Source: Amphiscolops sp. MND2022 (lineage: Eukaryota). From it: a stretch of DNA of 64,000 nt. The notes beneath the pieces were generated by a model. It did no database searches, was not told the DNA's origin, and saw nothing but the letters and a program-made list of their open reading frames with translations. Position 1 is the first letter of the stretch, and every line of letters begins with the position of its first letter. This document shows, in pieces, positions 31,701 through 44,922 of the stretch. The translations under genes and the position numbers were made by a program. The stretch lies in contig OZ076413.1 in NCBI GenBank assembly GCA_964187785.1, positions 41,852,001-41,916,000 of the forward strand. Reading direction: 5' to 3'.

Positions 31701-34700
31701 AATTTGATTCATCATATACAACGTGGATTACGTCAAGAGCAATGTAACGAGTCTGCGTTTTGACGTAATTCAATTTGTTATTTTCCGCACATATTTCATA
31801 TTGGAAAGAAAAATATTTTAATCAAATGGGTTTTTTTTTACAAAATTTGCCGAACAACAAATATATAGTTAACTTTAAGGGTGTTATCCATAGAATTAAT
31901 CATAAAAATAACTTCGTGCGATATGTAAATGTTGAAATTTCTGGACTTTTTTAGTTGACCCCAAGGACCTCAGAGTGACGACACAAAAATGAAAAAATTT
32001 GCGAAAATATAATTTTTTAAATCTTTTAATGCAATTTTTGTCAAATTTTCCACCGATTCCGTAGATTAGAAAATTGAAAACGTTCAACGAAGCACGAAAT
32101 TAGTGTCCAATAGTTTTCTATGAAGAGATAAAAGCTGTTTTTCAATTGAAAAAGATCTCAAATTGACACAAAAACCGAAATAATTCCATTCTTCAAAATT
32201 TTTTTGCAATGTTTGTCAAATTTTCGACAGACTTCGTGGATTGGAATGTTGAACAGGGTCAGCAATGAAAGAATTTGTTGTCCAGAAGGCCTTTCCGAAG
32301 AGTTTATAGCAGTTTTCCATCAATAAAATGTCTCAAATTGGCACCAGAAATGACCAAAATTCGACATTTTCCAATTTTCAAAGTGTTTATGCATTTTCTG
32401 TCAAAATTTAGACAGACTCCCGGAATTGAAATGTTGAAAACGTTCATCAAGGTAAGATTTAGTTGTCCAGTGGTCTTTTTTGAATGGATAATTGCAGTGT
32501 TCGGAATGAGAAAAATCTCAAAATGACACCGAAAATGACAAAAAGCCAAATTTTTTTTTCAATTTTCAAAGTTTTCATGCATTTTCCACCAAACTTTTGA
32601 CAGACTTCGTGGATTGGAATGTTGAGAAGGGTCAAGAAGGAGAGAGTGTGTTGTCCAGTTAGCATAGAGAAAAGATAAAGGCAGACTTTAAAATGAAATT
32701 TATCTGGAATTGACATCGAAAGAGACAAAAACTCGAAAACTTCCGATTTTCACCATGGTTCGATTGTGTCAGAGTATCGATAGACTTTATGGATAAAACG
32801 CCTGAACAACGGGACATTTTGCTGTTTCGATGAGCATTCGTCGAGAGGTAAGTTCAAAATGTAAACGAAATGCCTCAAATGGAATTTAATTTTGTCGAAA
32901 AATTTGAAGTTTTTGTGGTTTTTGATGCAATTTCTGAGAGATTCCGTTATAAGTTCCAACACACTCTTCCATCAACGTTTTGCTTCAAAAACACTTCAGA
33001 ATGACCTCAAATGAGTCGAAAATTTCAACATCATCGTTTTTGTGCAACTTGTGTACTTTTTGAATCGTTTCGGAGTCAGAATGTTGGCAATCGTTCAACA
33101 AATATTGGTCTTATAATTCAGTAGGCTTTTAAAGAAATATTTGCAGACTACGTCGGTTAGCCCAAATAGGACCGCAAAATGTCAAAAGTGTCAAAATTTT
33201 ACCCGATTTCTGACATCTTCAGTGAAATTGAATTGGAGATTGAGAAAATTCGGTAAGATAAAAGTTTCGGATAGCTCGAGATGATAAAACTAGATCCACA
33301 GCATTTTTTTCAAAAAACAAAGCAAATTTTATGGAAGGAACTTTCTCAGAATGAGCCAGATAATGCAAAAACTGAGACAAATCCATTTATAGGTAATTTT
33401 TTCAACAATTTATGAGCTACTTTCTTGCACAAAATGGTTTAAAACTCAGCAATGACCATTCCAAAAGGAAATTTTGAAGATATATCTGCAATTTTCTGTT
33501 GGTTTTGGCCTCATCCCCAAAATTGAATAAACAACAAAAATGCACGTTTTTTGAAGAATTTATCTTAATTTTTGTTCAAACCACTAAAGTTTCTAAGGAA
33601 TAGAACATTCATTGACCTGAGTGTTGAAACAATAGGGTAATCAGAACGCAATTTGGAAAAACGTGGGATGAAATTCAGCGAGTCTACACCAAAGATGTCA
33701 AAATGTCCGATGTTTTCTAATGTTCGAGAAGATAGTCCCAATTTTGGACCGTTTACGAAAATTTACTTCAATCAGAAAGACCATAGGCTCAGGATTGAAA
33801 CGTGTCGCTACCGGTAGTGTTTCGAAAAGATCTATTTGCACAATTTTCAAAAACTTTTCTTGAAACGTAAGTTTCGACCTTGTTTGTACAAAATTTAATA
33901 TTCATTTTTCAATTGAAACTATGGACCTGCCATTCCGCACTGGAAAAATAAAAGTCTCTTTAATACATACCAAAAAATCTTCGCAGAACATTTCAATTGA
34001 AATACATCAAAATATTATCGAAAAACCTAATTGAAAAAATCTGTCCCAGGCAATAGATATGCTCATATACAAAATAGGACATCTGTATGATTTTGATAAC
34101 CACGGATTTCTTTCCATTTTATTTCGAGTTCACAAATTCAGAGACCTTAAACTATTTTTTTCATTCGCATTTCCCAGACAAATTTTTGCAGAATAAGTTT
34201 AATATTCATGTCAAAACTGGTTATCTGGCGCTACTATGCTCATTTCCTATTTCATTGGATAATATTTATGTTCAATTATTGATGCAACTAAGCTAGTTAA
34301 TTGTATTCGTATCTGTCGCAGGCTGCCTCCTGCAAATTAACCAATCACAGTGCAGTATAGCTAGTATTAGTATTATCTCTCAGCAATACATTATTTGGCC
34401 GGTTATGGCCGCTTGCCTTAATCTAACCACTATGCTCGCGGACGCTGGTCCAATGGCCGGTTCCGGCCTATTTAGCTTTCATCAAGTAATCTGTGCTATT
34501 TAATCAGTAGTGCTGTTTATTTTCTTGGAAAGTACTTGAAGCTGTCTTAATACGTCAGATGCAATGATAAAAGGTGTTAGAAGAAGCATTGCTAATTGTT
34601 TTAATTATAGTTGCTATTGACAAAATCCCGTACCAGATACGTCACTTGAGCACGCGGCCTTGTCCAATCAAATTACTCCATTTGCTACGCAGTTAATATT

Positions 34701-37700
34701 TCCATTCATTAATGGCCGAATAAGGCCTGTGGACATAACTTCGCTACTTTTAATTAATATCCAGTCAGACGGCCGGTTCCGGCCATTTCACAAAAAGCGC
34801 AATTGTGATGCTAATTATTCTCACACTTAACCAGGATTCATGTGCTTGTACTCTTAGGCTGAATAACCCCTCTAGTGCAGTATTAACTAACTACACCACA
34901 GACTTAGCTCTTTCAGACGGTTAAGGCCGTTTGACCAGTATTTTAATAATGTTTACTTAATACGAGGCAATTAGCCTATTCAGGCCAGATTGTGTAAAGC
35001 GTTGTACACATTTTTAATTGATTGGCCGTATATGGCCACTTGACGTTGTATTAGATTGGTAATGCGGGACAAAAGGCAAATGGCCGGTTTAGGCCATTTT
35101 GCTTGTTATTATTAGAGATGCTTTTAAGCATGAATGAGTTTGTTTTACAGTCATGTAAGATTATATTTATATACTTGAAGATGTTATTGAGCTTTTTAAA
35201 TCCAATTAGTGCAATAATAACGGCCAGTAGTAGCAATCCGAATACCCGTCACCTGTCCTATTCCGGCCTTCACTATTGGCCAGCTCCCAAGTCCAATGGC
35301 CGTATTCGGCCATATTGCTATATTATGTTCATTTCTATTGCATGAAACTGTGTCTTTGTTTTGTTGATTCTACGCACGTGTGTAGGCACGTGCCGCTAAA
35401 TAGTTTACATTCCTCTCACTGTAAACAATTTGAAAGTATTAATTTTGATGTTTGGTCAAAGTGTTGTTTGCCTAATATAATAAGGCTAAATTCCTCCGCT
35501 CCCCTTTGATGATAGTATTTGCAGTTAGAAAATGCATTTGAGTGCATTCCATATTTTATGTAAACTTCAAATGATGTTGCTGCGAATGAATTAGGTATGA
35601 TTGCCCTTTGACCCTAACGGGACAAATTCCTAAAGTGCTTTGATGCAGTTGACGCCGCTAAAAATGAATGAATGTTAGTGGTCACCCGCCATAGTCATGT
35701 GCCCTTTATGGAATTTGTAAATAGATTGTTAAAAGGGAATGTGAGTGTCACCCTCTCAGGGGTATATATATTGGTATTTTTCCGAGAGGGACACAATTGT
35801 ATTTTGCTTCTCCAAGTTTAGTTTGATATACCTGTTTACGATACAACGTACAAAATCCTATTTTCCGAATAAAACCTAATTCACTGTTTTACCTCGGACT
35901 TTCTTTCTAATGCCTACAACAAGAAAGCAGAAGAAAACCAGAAAATCTAGAGGAGTTGAGATAATTTCGGACATTGAAAATGTAGATATGATGCTCGGAG
36001 AAAACCATTTCAGTAGAAATGAGAGAGATGAAAGCCTCAGTAGTAATCAAGCCAGAAGACCTGAAAGTACTTTTGGTGATCAATTTGAAAATAATGATGA
36101 AAACAGGTACTTAAATTCAAGAAATGACGGACTTAGTCCAAATGCCGATTACGGCCAAAACTCTGCTGGAGGTAATTCTAGTGCTGAGATAAATAGACTG
36201 TCGAGTGAATTGAATTCCCGAATATCTAGAGAGATGGACGAGATGATGAATAGTGTCAGTGTTCAGATACAGAGAGCCATAAATGATGCAATTAGCAATC
36301 AGGTTTTACCCCAGATTCAAAATGCCATTGTGGCCGGATCGGGACATTTGACCAGAGAAAGATGGAACGTTCCGGCCGAGAGACCGGAAGGATATTCCGA
36401 AGTTCTGCGAAACTCAGATTCCAGAGATAACTCGAGAAGTAAGCCATTTATGGACTGTCAGAAAGACGGTCCAACTACATCCACAAACGCGCGTGCTTAC
36501 GACAGTATCCAATAGGCGAACTTTATAAATTTATTCTTTATTTTTGAGATTAAAGTTCATAGTTTGTTTCGAGATTAAAAAATGCAAAATTTAGATATTG
36601 TTCTGTCTTATCAGAGAACAGGTTTGATTTGTTTAAATATACTTCATATGGAGACCATAACCTATTTCTTGAATCGCGTGTTTCAGATTTGCGATTCGAT
36701 AGTGTCAATTGCTATAAAATAGCTTCCGAAATACCTAAATTTAGATCGATTTCTCAGTTTTAAAATGAAAGCTGAAGAGCAAGAATAACGTTGTCAGTAG
36801 TATTTCCCAGATTCATCTCACAAAATTTAGTTTTTTCTTCGAATTTGTTCAGAAACTTTGAAACCACGTGTCATGGGACCACTGAAATGTCTTTTTTGTC
36901 GTGAGTCTCGTAAAGTGGAATACTATGTACCTCACGAGATGATCGGTTCTCCAAAAATGAAGCATGAGGACTAAATAACGTAACGACGTAATAATGTAAC
37001 GACAAGCAGTCACCGTCGCTTCTTTCCTTAATAGAGGTGGAGCAACTTATGGAATGGATATGTGCCCGATACAGGGGCCCATCGCCATAAGTCCACTTTG
37101 CCTCTCGAGGTAAAGCATGTCCTGTCAGGAAGTAAGTTCCGCTTCTGAGGGCCATTTTCTGACATATTTCAGTCTCTTAGTGCTATCGGTGACAAGCATC
37201 TTGCTCTTCTTTTCAGGGCCATCGCCTAGATAGCCTTTAAAAACGTGTAGGTTGGTGCTAATCAGTGAATTACCTTTGATTGGAGGTACGAAAAGCAAAA
37301 CAAGAAGGAGTATCTCACGAGCTAAAACACGGCAAAATTACGACAATTTACAACACTGTAATACATTAACGTGTTTGCGGTGAACTTGTCAAGTCCGACA
37401 TCCTAATTTTCAATGCAGAATTTATGGTTTCTCATACTATGATCATATTATGAACCATGATGGATCTATTTTCATACTATTAAACACAATTAATACAGTA
37501 TGGTGATAGTTTACGGCAAAACTACGTCTTGAATTGTTTGAAAGGTCGAAAATTTTAATGTTTTGCGATTCTTTGGTTCACCTAGAAACATTACACTGTG
37601 AATCAACTTTAGCTAATTCGAATCTCAACAATTTGTTTGATCCGTTTTGAATTGGATTTTCTGTCTGAGCTAAGAAAAATGGAATGTAAAAAACTACCTG

Positions 37701-39538
37701 TGCAATTTGTTTAATCCACACAGCAATACAAGCTTCAATCTTTTCCATAGACTCAAAACTGTTGGCCACGTTATAGAAGTCATTGGCTGTTTTCAGACTG
37801 TTCAGGTCAAAGGTCGTGCAAGGGGCGAGGTCAATTGTATTTGAGCTGCTCGAAGCCGACTCCAGCACGAGTATGAAGTTTTCCATGTCATTGAGGAACT
37901 TGGATCTCTCCCTCTCCCCATTCTCCCCTGCCAGGTCCCCCCAGCCCTTGTCCATGCGTTTCAGGGCAGGCAAGTAGATGTCCTTGAATTGGGATTTAAT
38001 GGCCCCCAAAACTCCGTTCTCTGTGGGGTCCAGCATGTTGAAGAAGGTGAGCTGGAACGAGGATTACCATGATGATTAGTATGACGTCATAATTGACTAA
38101 TATGAGCTGAAAATTCTGCTTGCAGCATTAAATGCAACGGAATTGAGAGCAGAATCTCAAAAATTGACTATGACGTTATATAAAAACCAGCAAACTCAGT
38201 TTTAGCTGTCAGGTTCTATAAATTGATTGCAGTGAAAACAATATTCGGGGAAATTCTAAATTTGGTAACCTTCACTTTCGAAAAAGACCACAAATATGAG
38301 CAAATCATCTTGCATACTGCATTTTTTTCAGGAAACATGCTTAATGCAAAAAAGTATTTATCTCATATATTGAGAATTATATTACATGGTGTCATGTTAT
38401 ATAAAGGACGTGAAATTCTCACCTCGGATATGTTTTCTGCTGTGATGGGAATGAGATTGTTTGTGCGTACAAAATACAAACATAGGCCTCTGAGAGGCAC
38501 GTCTTTTCCGTCAGTGACGAATAATCGCTTTTTGTGAGACTTCATCGCCGATTTGCCCACCGCGTTTCTCCTTGTCTCTTGATCTGGAACAATGGAAGAA
38601 TCAGAAAAATTTATTCATTGGGATACAGTGATTATTCTACTAAGTAATAAAAAGTAAGAACGTAAACTAAAAGTTAACATTCTGGTTGCATGGTAAGGAA
38701 CAAGGAGAAATCCCTTTCGGATTCCTGCCCTCGATGTAACATTGAAACCCTAAAACTTGATGAAAAAGATGATTTACAATAACATTGCATTATTATTTTC
38801 GAATCAAAAACGCAAATATCCCACTCCGCGCAACTGAATGTATGAGAATTAGTTATGATGGAACAAAAATGGAAGTATGGAGTTTTTATGGCCAACCATG
38901 AGATTACATGCCATGCCAAAATGGGTAGTTTTGGTTTACCTGAACGTTGATCTGAAGGTACAAAAAATGAAACAAGGGTCCCATCAATACTTCGAGAAGC
39001 AATTCAAAAATTAGGCTTTGAGAATATCTTATCACAAGACAGTTAACTGGGTTTCCGAAAACCAATTTTAAACTCATAAGCTATTCGTTGTTTATTTGGA
39101 AATTCATGGATTCTATGTAAATTTCAATGAATGGTCATGCATGAAACATGTATAATTATTTAATGGCCAGTCATTAAAAATTACATAGACTCCAGATTGT
39201 AAAAATGAAACCTAATATTCGATTTCAAAACAAAATTATGCTGATGGTTTGCTACGAGAAGTAAAAATGAAACGTTTCAGTTTTTTCGAAATGGAACAAA
39301 AATTATTGTAGACCTCACCTATATCTGTAGAAACTTCTTCCTGGTAGAAAAATATCAGACCCTTGGATCCTCTGGGCTCGAAAAACTGGCCCATTTTCTC
39401 TATTTGGTTTCCCTCCAGAAGGAAATCTGTGATCTGTGAGCTCTCCACACTCAAACATCGTGAAATAATTTCTATGATGTAATAATGACGTTGATCCAAC
39501 AAACTCCTCTTCTGTTCTCGCTGCGCCAAAATCTTTTC
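22749..39538 (-). CDS. DNAH5: Axonemal outer-arm dynein heavy chain (DNAH5/DNAH8-like), N-terminal tail exons: 39538-39319, 38951-38940, 38583-38423, 38051-37698, 31143-31008, 30055-29901, 29430-29301, 27847-27337, 23758-23554, 22868-22749
   Basis: All junctions are GT-AG and phase-compatible. Motifs [83 protein letters not shown] and [11 protein letters not shown] match the DNAH5/8 N-terminus as I recall it. Confidence 0.92.
24400..27052 (-). repeat. Dispersed element carrying a degenerate ~185-bp tandem repeat (copy 1, inverted relative to the others)
   Basis: TGCATAAAATTTTCAAAAATC-like motif recurs near 25880, 26065, 26247, 26434, 26617; end 26990-27052 is the reverse complement of 31780 and 62170. 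Confidence 0.7.
28020..28480 (+). repeat. Dispersed ~450-bp repeat (copy A)
   Basis: Shares GCATGTTTCAAAACATGCTA and AATGCTATG..ATATCGTCTGAAAATC with 51840-52260. Confidence 0.7.
31780..33700 (+). repeat. Dispersed element carrying the ~185-bp tandem repeat (copy 2)
   Basis: Starts TTTTCCGCACATATTTCATA; repeated GTCAAATTTT..ACAGACTTCGTGGATTGGAATGTTGA units. Confidence 0.7.
34314..36504 (+). mobile_element. Solo LTR (2191 bp) with 5-bp TSD
   Basis: Termini TGTCGCAGGC...GCTTACGACA (8/10 inverted); TSD GTATC at 34309-34313 and 36505-36509; TATA 35763; AATAAA 35868. Confidence 0.85.
35910..36515 (+). CDS. ORF starting inside the solo LTR (basic N-terminus plus coiled coil); probably the 5' part of gag/ORF1
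   Basis: No stop within the LTR; it terminates only in flanking host DNA. Confidence 0.6.
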   Translation: MPTTRKQKKTRKSRGVEIISDIENVDMMLGENHFSRNERDESLSSNQARRPESTFGDQFENNDENRYLNSRNDGLSPNADYGQNSAGGNSSAEINRLSSELNSRISREMDEMMNSVSVQIQRAINDAISNQVLPQIQNAIVAGSGHLTRERWNVPAERPEGYSEVLRNSDSRDNSRSKPFMDCQKDGPTTSTNARAYDSIQ

Positions 39539-40439
39539 CTGTGAAATGAAAGTTTTTTGACAATATTATGAGATGTTTTTTGTTCTCCTGGAAAAGTTCA
39601 GTTGATAGTAACAATCATACAAAATGGGAAAATTATATAGACTGATGATTTTCGCAATATCTCAACTCTCTTAAATTGGACAAATTTGAGAAACACTTTC
39701 AATCTATCATTTTCGTAAATCAGGAACAATAGAGTTAAAAAAATTTACAAATTAGATTAAAATATAAAACTATTGAGCTTACCTCGTGTAGTCTTTTTGC
39801 GTGAAATAAAGCTAATCACCAAAATTGTGCTCAAATTGAAAAATAAATGTATTATTAGAAAGATCCAATATGAAAACCTTCCGAAAAATCAAGAGCAATG
39901 ATGGAGAAAAACTGATCTCCAAAAGCCACTTTTTCAGAAGAATTAAGCAAAGTTATGCCTGTTTATATATAACAATCTATATAGATTATTACAACAAAGC
40001 ATTCAATTTCATGTCATGACTGACAATTGTACTTGATGAATTCAACGTTTGTACTCCCGTACATGGGAGATAAAGCAAAAAATACTTTGACAAAAACTTG
40101 TGCAAGACTCGTGTGAAAGGTGGGATTTTGCATTTTTCACTTTTTGTGGCTACCTCGCCTCCTTATGCCTGAGTGGGAAAGGGTTTCAAAAAACTACTAG
40201 AGTGTTCCTCATAATTGCTCTGGTGGTCATCACGTCATCACCATTACGATACATGTCCCGCAAAAGTGGAAAGTGATCACTTGGTGTAAATAGTTTTTTG
40301 GGTAAAATAGTCAATTACTGTAAATTTGTCAAAGACTGTAGTAATCCATTAGTGACTGTGGAGTCAACTTTGACTTCTTGAATGCTTGTTTTATAAATTT
40401 TCCAGAATAGTTATCTTTTGCTTGTTAGCGGGTGGCGTC

Positions 40440-41614
40440 TTTAGTCAGCGCTTTTCTAGTGAAAAGTGCCCGACTACTCCAGTGGCTAGTTTTTAGTCGG
40501 CGCATTTTCCTTTAAGGAAAAAAGCCCGACTATTACAGTGGCTAGTTTTTTTTTCGTCAGACCACAGAGCTCATCGCGTATGTACCACTTTTTACACCTT
40601 TTACTCACTCAGGCCAAGTTCGACCAATGCAAACTTACTGCAAAGGGTCCCCCCTTTCGTTTTTACCTTTTTTACGTAACCTACAAAACCGGAAGACTCC
40701 AAAGGGTCCCCCCATTCAATTTTTTTCAGCACTGTGCGAATTTTTTTTCGAAAATTTTTAATTTTTCAAAAGAGTTCCCCCTTCGGATTTTTTGATATTT
40801 TGCAACAAAAAGTATGTTAATGAATCCCAAAGGGTCCCCCCTTTTCATTTTTCGGCACTTTGAGAAATTTTTCGAAAGAAAAAAGTACGAAGTCTTTTTT
40901 TCAAATTTTTTTTGTTCCCTGTCGGGAAAAAGTGATTTTCCAGTCATATCGAGCATGAAAGGCACACTTTGGGTGTCTCGAAAGTGTTTTCAAAGCTTTT
41001 CATGAATACATCCTGGGCATATTTAGAAAACTCTGAGCTTTTTGAGCCTTAGATATAGCGCCGATTTTAGACGTTCCCGTCTTGTTTTCTTTTTTTTCGC
41101 CAGACCACAGACCTCATCGTGTATGTACCACTTTTTAGTACAGACTTTAATCGGTTTACGGGGAACTCAGCGGTCACGGGTTCGTGTCCTTGCTTTAGCC
41201 AGAAATTTTTTCGAGCATTTGCGAAAGCGGACAAGACTGAAGGGTCTCAGCGGTCACGGGGAACCCAGCGGTCACGGGTTCGAGTCCTTGCTTTAGCCAG
41301 AAACTTTTTCGAGCATTTGCGAAAGCGGACGAGACTGAAGGGTCCCCTCTTTCAATTTTTTTCGGCACTGTGCGACTTTTTCGAAATGTTTTTTGCCTTC
41401 GAAGGGTTTTCCATCAAGTTTTTTGATATTTTGCAGCAAACTGAAGTGCCAAAAGCCCAAAGGGCGTCCCCTTTTAGGTATTTCGGCACTATGAGATTGT
41501 TTCAAACTTTTCATTTTCCGTTTTTTTAAAAAAATTTTTTGCCTCCTCTTTGAGCCTTTTTGAGCCATTTTGAGCCTTAAATATAGCGCCGACTATGGAC
41601 GTTCCCGTCTTGTT
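40440..41614. mobile_element. Helentron-associated (HINE/DINE-1-like) non-autonomous elements, tandem or nested copies
   Basis: TTTTAGTCGGCGC..hairpin..CCCGACTA at 40491 (also near 40441 and 29171); complementary GCGCCGA(C/T)T..GACGTTCCCGTCTTGTT at 41058 and 41586; T-rich flanks. Confidence 0.6.
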
Positions 41615-43303
41615 TTTTATTAATTCTAAAATTTGTAGCGGTTTGATGAATAACTGCGCCACGGTTTACACCACAGTTACCTTATCTTTCTTACTGAAAG
41701 ATTACGCATTTTTTAAAATTTTTTGAAGTGACTATCCAAATCAATGTCATATCAATAACTATAAATGAAAAAAAAATTGTGGACAAAAAACTCTCGATAA
41801 CAGAAGCACCATTTATTTTTCCAATGTATTTTTTTCCAAAATACTAGTTTTTAAAAATTTATCTTCAACTGCAGAAGAATTGTTTGATTGCCAATAATCA
41901 TTAACAGCTCAAAACGCCAAAATGTCAATTAAAGTGTACATTCATCAATCTATTGCAAGGCTTGGCCTCTCAGATCGACTTTTTCATAGTTTTTAGGGGC
42001 TTCGGCGTTTGATTTTGTGACTCAAACTCTTTTGTTGATCTGGAAAAAACCAGTGCCGAAAGAGATCCCAGTTGTCGACAATTTTTGCAAAGAATCAGTC
42101 GTAAAACTTTAGAAACCCCGTAGCACGGTTACCTGTTGTTGATGAATGTAAAGCTGAAATTTGAAGTTGACACTTAGTTTTTCAAACGAATCGCGTTTTT
42201 TAATCAGAAAACAAACAACCATGTGAACGAATTGGGGTAGTAAAAAGCATTACTTGTTTAGCTAGTTTAGCTACAGGGCTATTAGCGAATTGATACTGGA
42301 ATCTTTTAAATTTTGGGACTACTTTAGCTTCTCACAGCTCTAGATCATCACTGTTGAACGAGATGATACAGATCTTGAAAAACCTCATTTGATTTCTTTG
42401 AACCAAAAGACTAGTCGTGTTATCTTTTGGTTTGCGTTGAAGAAAACCAAAATGACGATCCACTCACTATTCACAATCTAGGAAGAAGAGACGATCAGGG
42501 GAGCGTTCAAAAAAATGTGTGCAAAAAGCACTCGGGTCGACACTACATGCACGCCAAAATCCGATCGCGGCACCTTCACACCAAAACATTCGCTGCGATC
42601 GTGTCTCAATTAGTACTACGATCGGCGTAATGACAAAGTAAAATCGTGCTACGAAACGTATTACTGAATTCGTATACAGTGTACTTAACGCATGTCAGCA
42701 ACTCAAAACGAGAAGCATTTCAATTTAATGCTCATGTAGGCCATTGACATGCAAAGTAGCAGTATGGTTTGTACACGAGTCACTCAGAAAATATGGTTAT
42801 CGGACGGAAAAAATGAGCCAACAATTCGAAGTTTGATGAGTTTGCCCACTATGCTATATCATTGCAATTGACAGTGTCGTACTCTCCAGTACCAAATCTC
42901 GAATGAAAAGATCCATTAGATTCACCATTTTTGGGCAATGTTCAGCTACAAATATGATTTATGTTTGAACAAACAATGTTATGTCAGAAAGTACTAGTGC
43001 AAAAGTGAAAGCCTAAAAGTTTTTAGCGAAATCGAAAAATCATGCAACATAATTCTTTCGTTCAATCATTACCGTGAGAGAAACCTTACAAAACATACAA
43101 ACTACAAATCATGGTATGAGGTTTTTTGTGATGGGCGTCGTAGTGCTGTGAGGGTCAATCTGGGCAATCATCCCCAAATACCCCCAAGACAATGCTAACT
43201 TTTATCAATTTTTTATCAAAACTTTCAATTTTTTAGGATCCTTGGGATATGAAAAATTGTAACAAAACTACGGTTCTAAATGATGATCTAAGTTGTTTTG
43301 GGT

Positions 43304-43776
43304 GATTACCAGAAAACTCAACACAAGAAAACTCAACACAGAAAACTCAACATACTTTAAGCATTTATTAATCGGGATATATATTATACATCTATATTCC
43401 TTTTTCGTACTGCTCATAATTTATACATTTGACACAATTTTTCTAAAATATTTGTGTTTGCATTTACACTTTTTCGATCGTTTTGTTTTATGGTTTGGGC
43501 CGATGTAAACAACGTTTCAACGTGAAAAACAGTTAAAATAGGAAAAAGTCGCAATCATAACTAGTTGTAAAGGAACTTATACGTCTTTATATGTCTTTGA
43601 AATGAGTCGCAACTGTGACTAAGTGTAAGCGGAAATAAACCGAATTTAACAATTAGTTAGATTGCGGAAAATAAACTCAATTGAGGTGGTAACTAAAATT
43701 AATTAAATGTGTTGAAATGTGTTGAGTTTTTGTGTTTAGTTTTCTGTGTTGAGTTTTCTTGTGTTTTCCGTACCCC
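43304..43776. mobile_element. MULE/foldback-type MITE with repeat-bearing TIRs (AGAAAACTCAACAC units)
   Basis: 9-bp TSD GTTTTGGGT at 43295-43303 and 43777-43785. Confidence 0.8.
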
Positions 43777-44010
43777 GTTTTGGGTCAGTTTTTAATGGGT
43801 ATTTTCAGTGTCACAAAAATGTAGTCAGGTTTTTGTTGTAACTTTCCATCGACATTTTGACCTGGATGTTCAAAATCACTAATTTAGTTCAGAATCAGGC
43901 ACACTAAACGCCTAGGGAACATTGCCCGGCAAAAGCGAGAGATCTTTAGAGACATCCCAGGGTTTTCTTGTTGAATTTTTCGTCAAGGGAACATTTTCAG
44001 TGATAACAAT

Positions 44011-44922
44011 GGTGTGCGTTCATTTCACCCCAAAATCATTTCACCCCATATCATTTCACCCCATATCATTTCACCCCACATTCATTTCACCCCACGTTCA
44101 TTTCACCCCACGTTCATTTCACTCCACATTCACTTCACCCCATGTTCATTTCACCCCACTTTCATTTCACACCATATTGTAATTATACAAAAGCGTCTCA
44201 CCTTAATTAACCAATTAACAATTAAACTTTGATGCTTACTGTGTTTGAGTCAACTTTGATTTTATTGACAGTTCCTGGCCTGTAAGATTTTTTTGCCTCA
44301 TGAAAACCGAATAGAAAATTTTTCGCTGAAGATTCGCAGCACAGCATCCATAATTGTAGATTTTGATTGACAGAAAAAATTCGACGCCTTGTTCAGAAGT
44401 ATTACGATTCCGATAAGTGAAACTTTTCGGTTATGATTTTGTGGTTCACATTGCAAGCATCGTTTGTTTATCTAATTAGTAACTAGATTCAAGACGCTTT
44501 TCTATTAGCGCTAAGATTGAAAGTTAGGGGCTTTAGTCATTAATCTGAGACGCATTTGATAATTTGAATGTGGGGTGAACTCAACGTGGGGTGAAATGAA
44601 TCTGGGGTGAAATAAACGTGGGGTGAAATGAACGTGGGGTGAAATGAACGTGGGGTGAAATGAACGTGGGGTGAAATGAACGTGGGGTGAAATGAACGTG
44701 GGGTGAAATGAACGTGGGGTGAAATGACATGGGGTGAAATGATATGGGGTGAAATGGACGTGGGGTGAAATGATTGTGGGGTGAAATGACATGGGGTGAA
44801 ATGATATGGGGTGAAATGGACGTGGGGTGAAATGAACGTGGGGTGAAATGATTGTGGGGTGAAATGACATGGGGTGAAATGATATGGGGTGAAATGGACG
44901 TGGGGTGAAATGATACTAAACC
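44011..44922. mobile_element. Foldback/MULE-type MITE with inverted arrays of CATTTCACCCCA 15-16-mers
   Basis: 9-bp TSD GATAACAAT at 44002-44010 and 44923-44931; C-rich left array 44020-44170 and G-rich right array 44568-44913. Confidence 0.88.
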
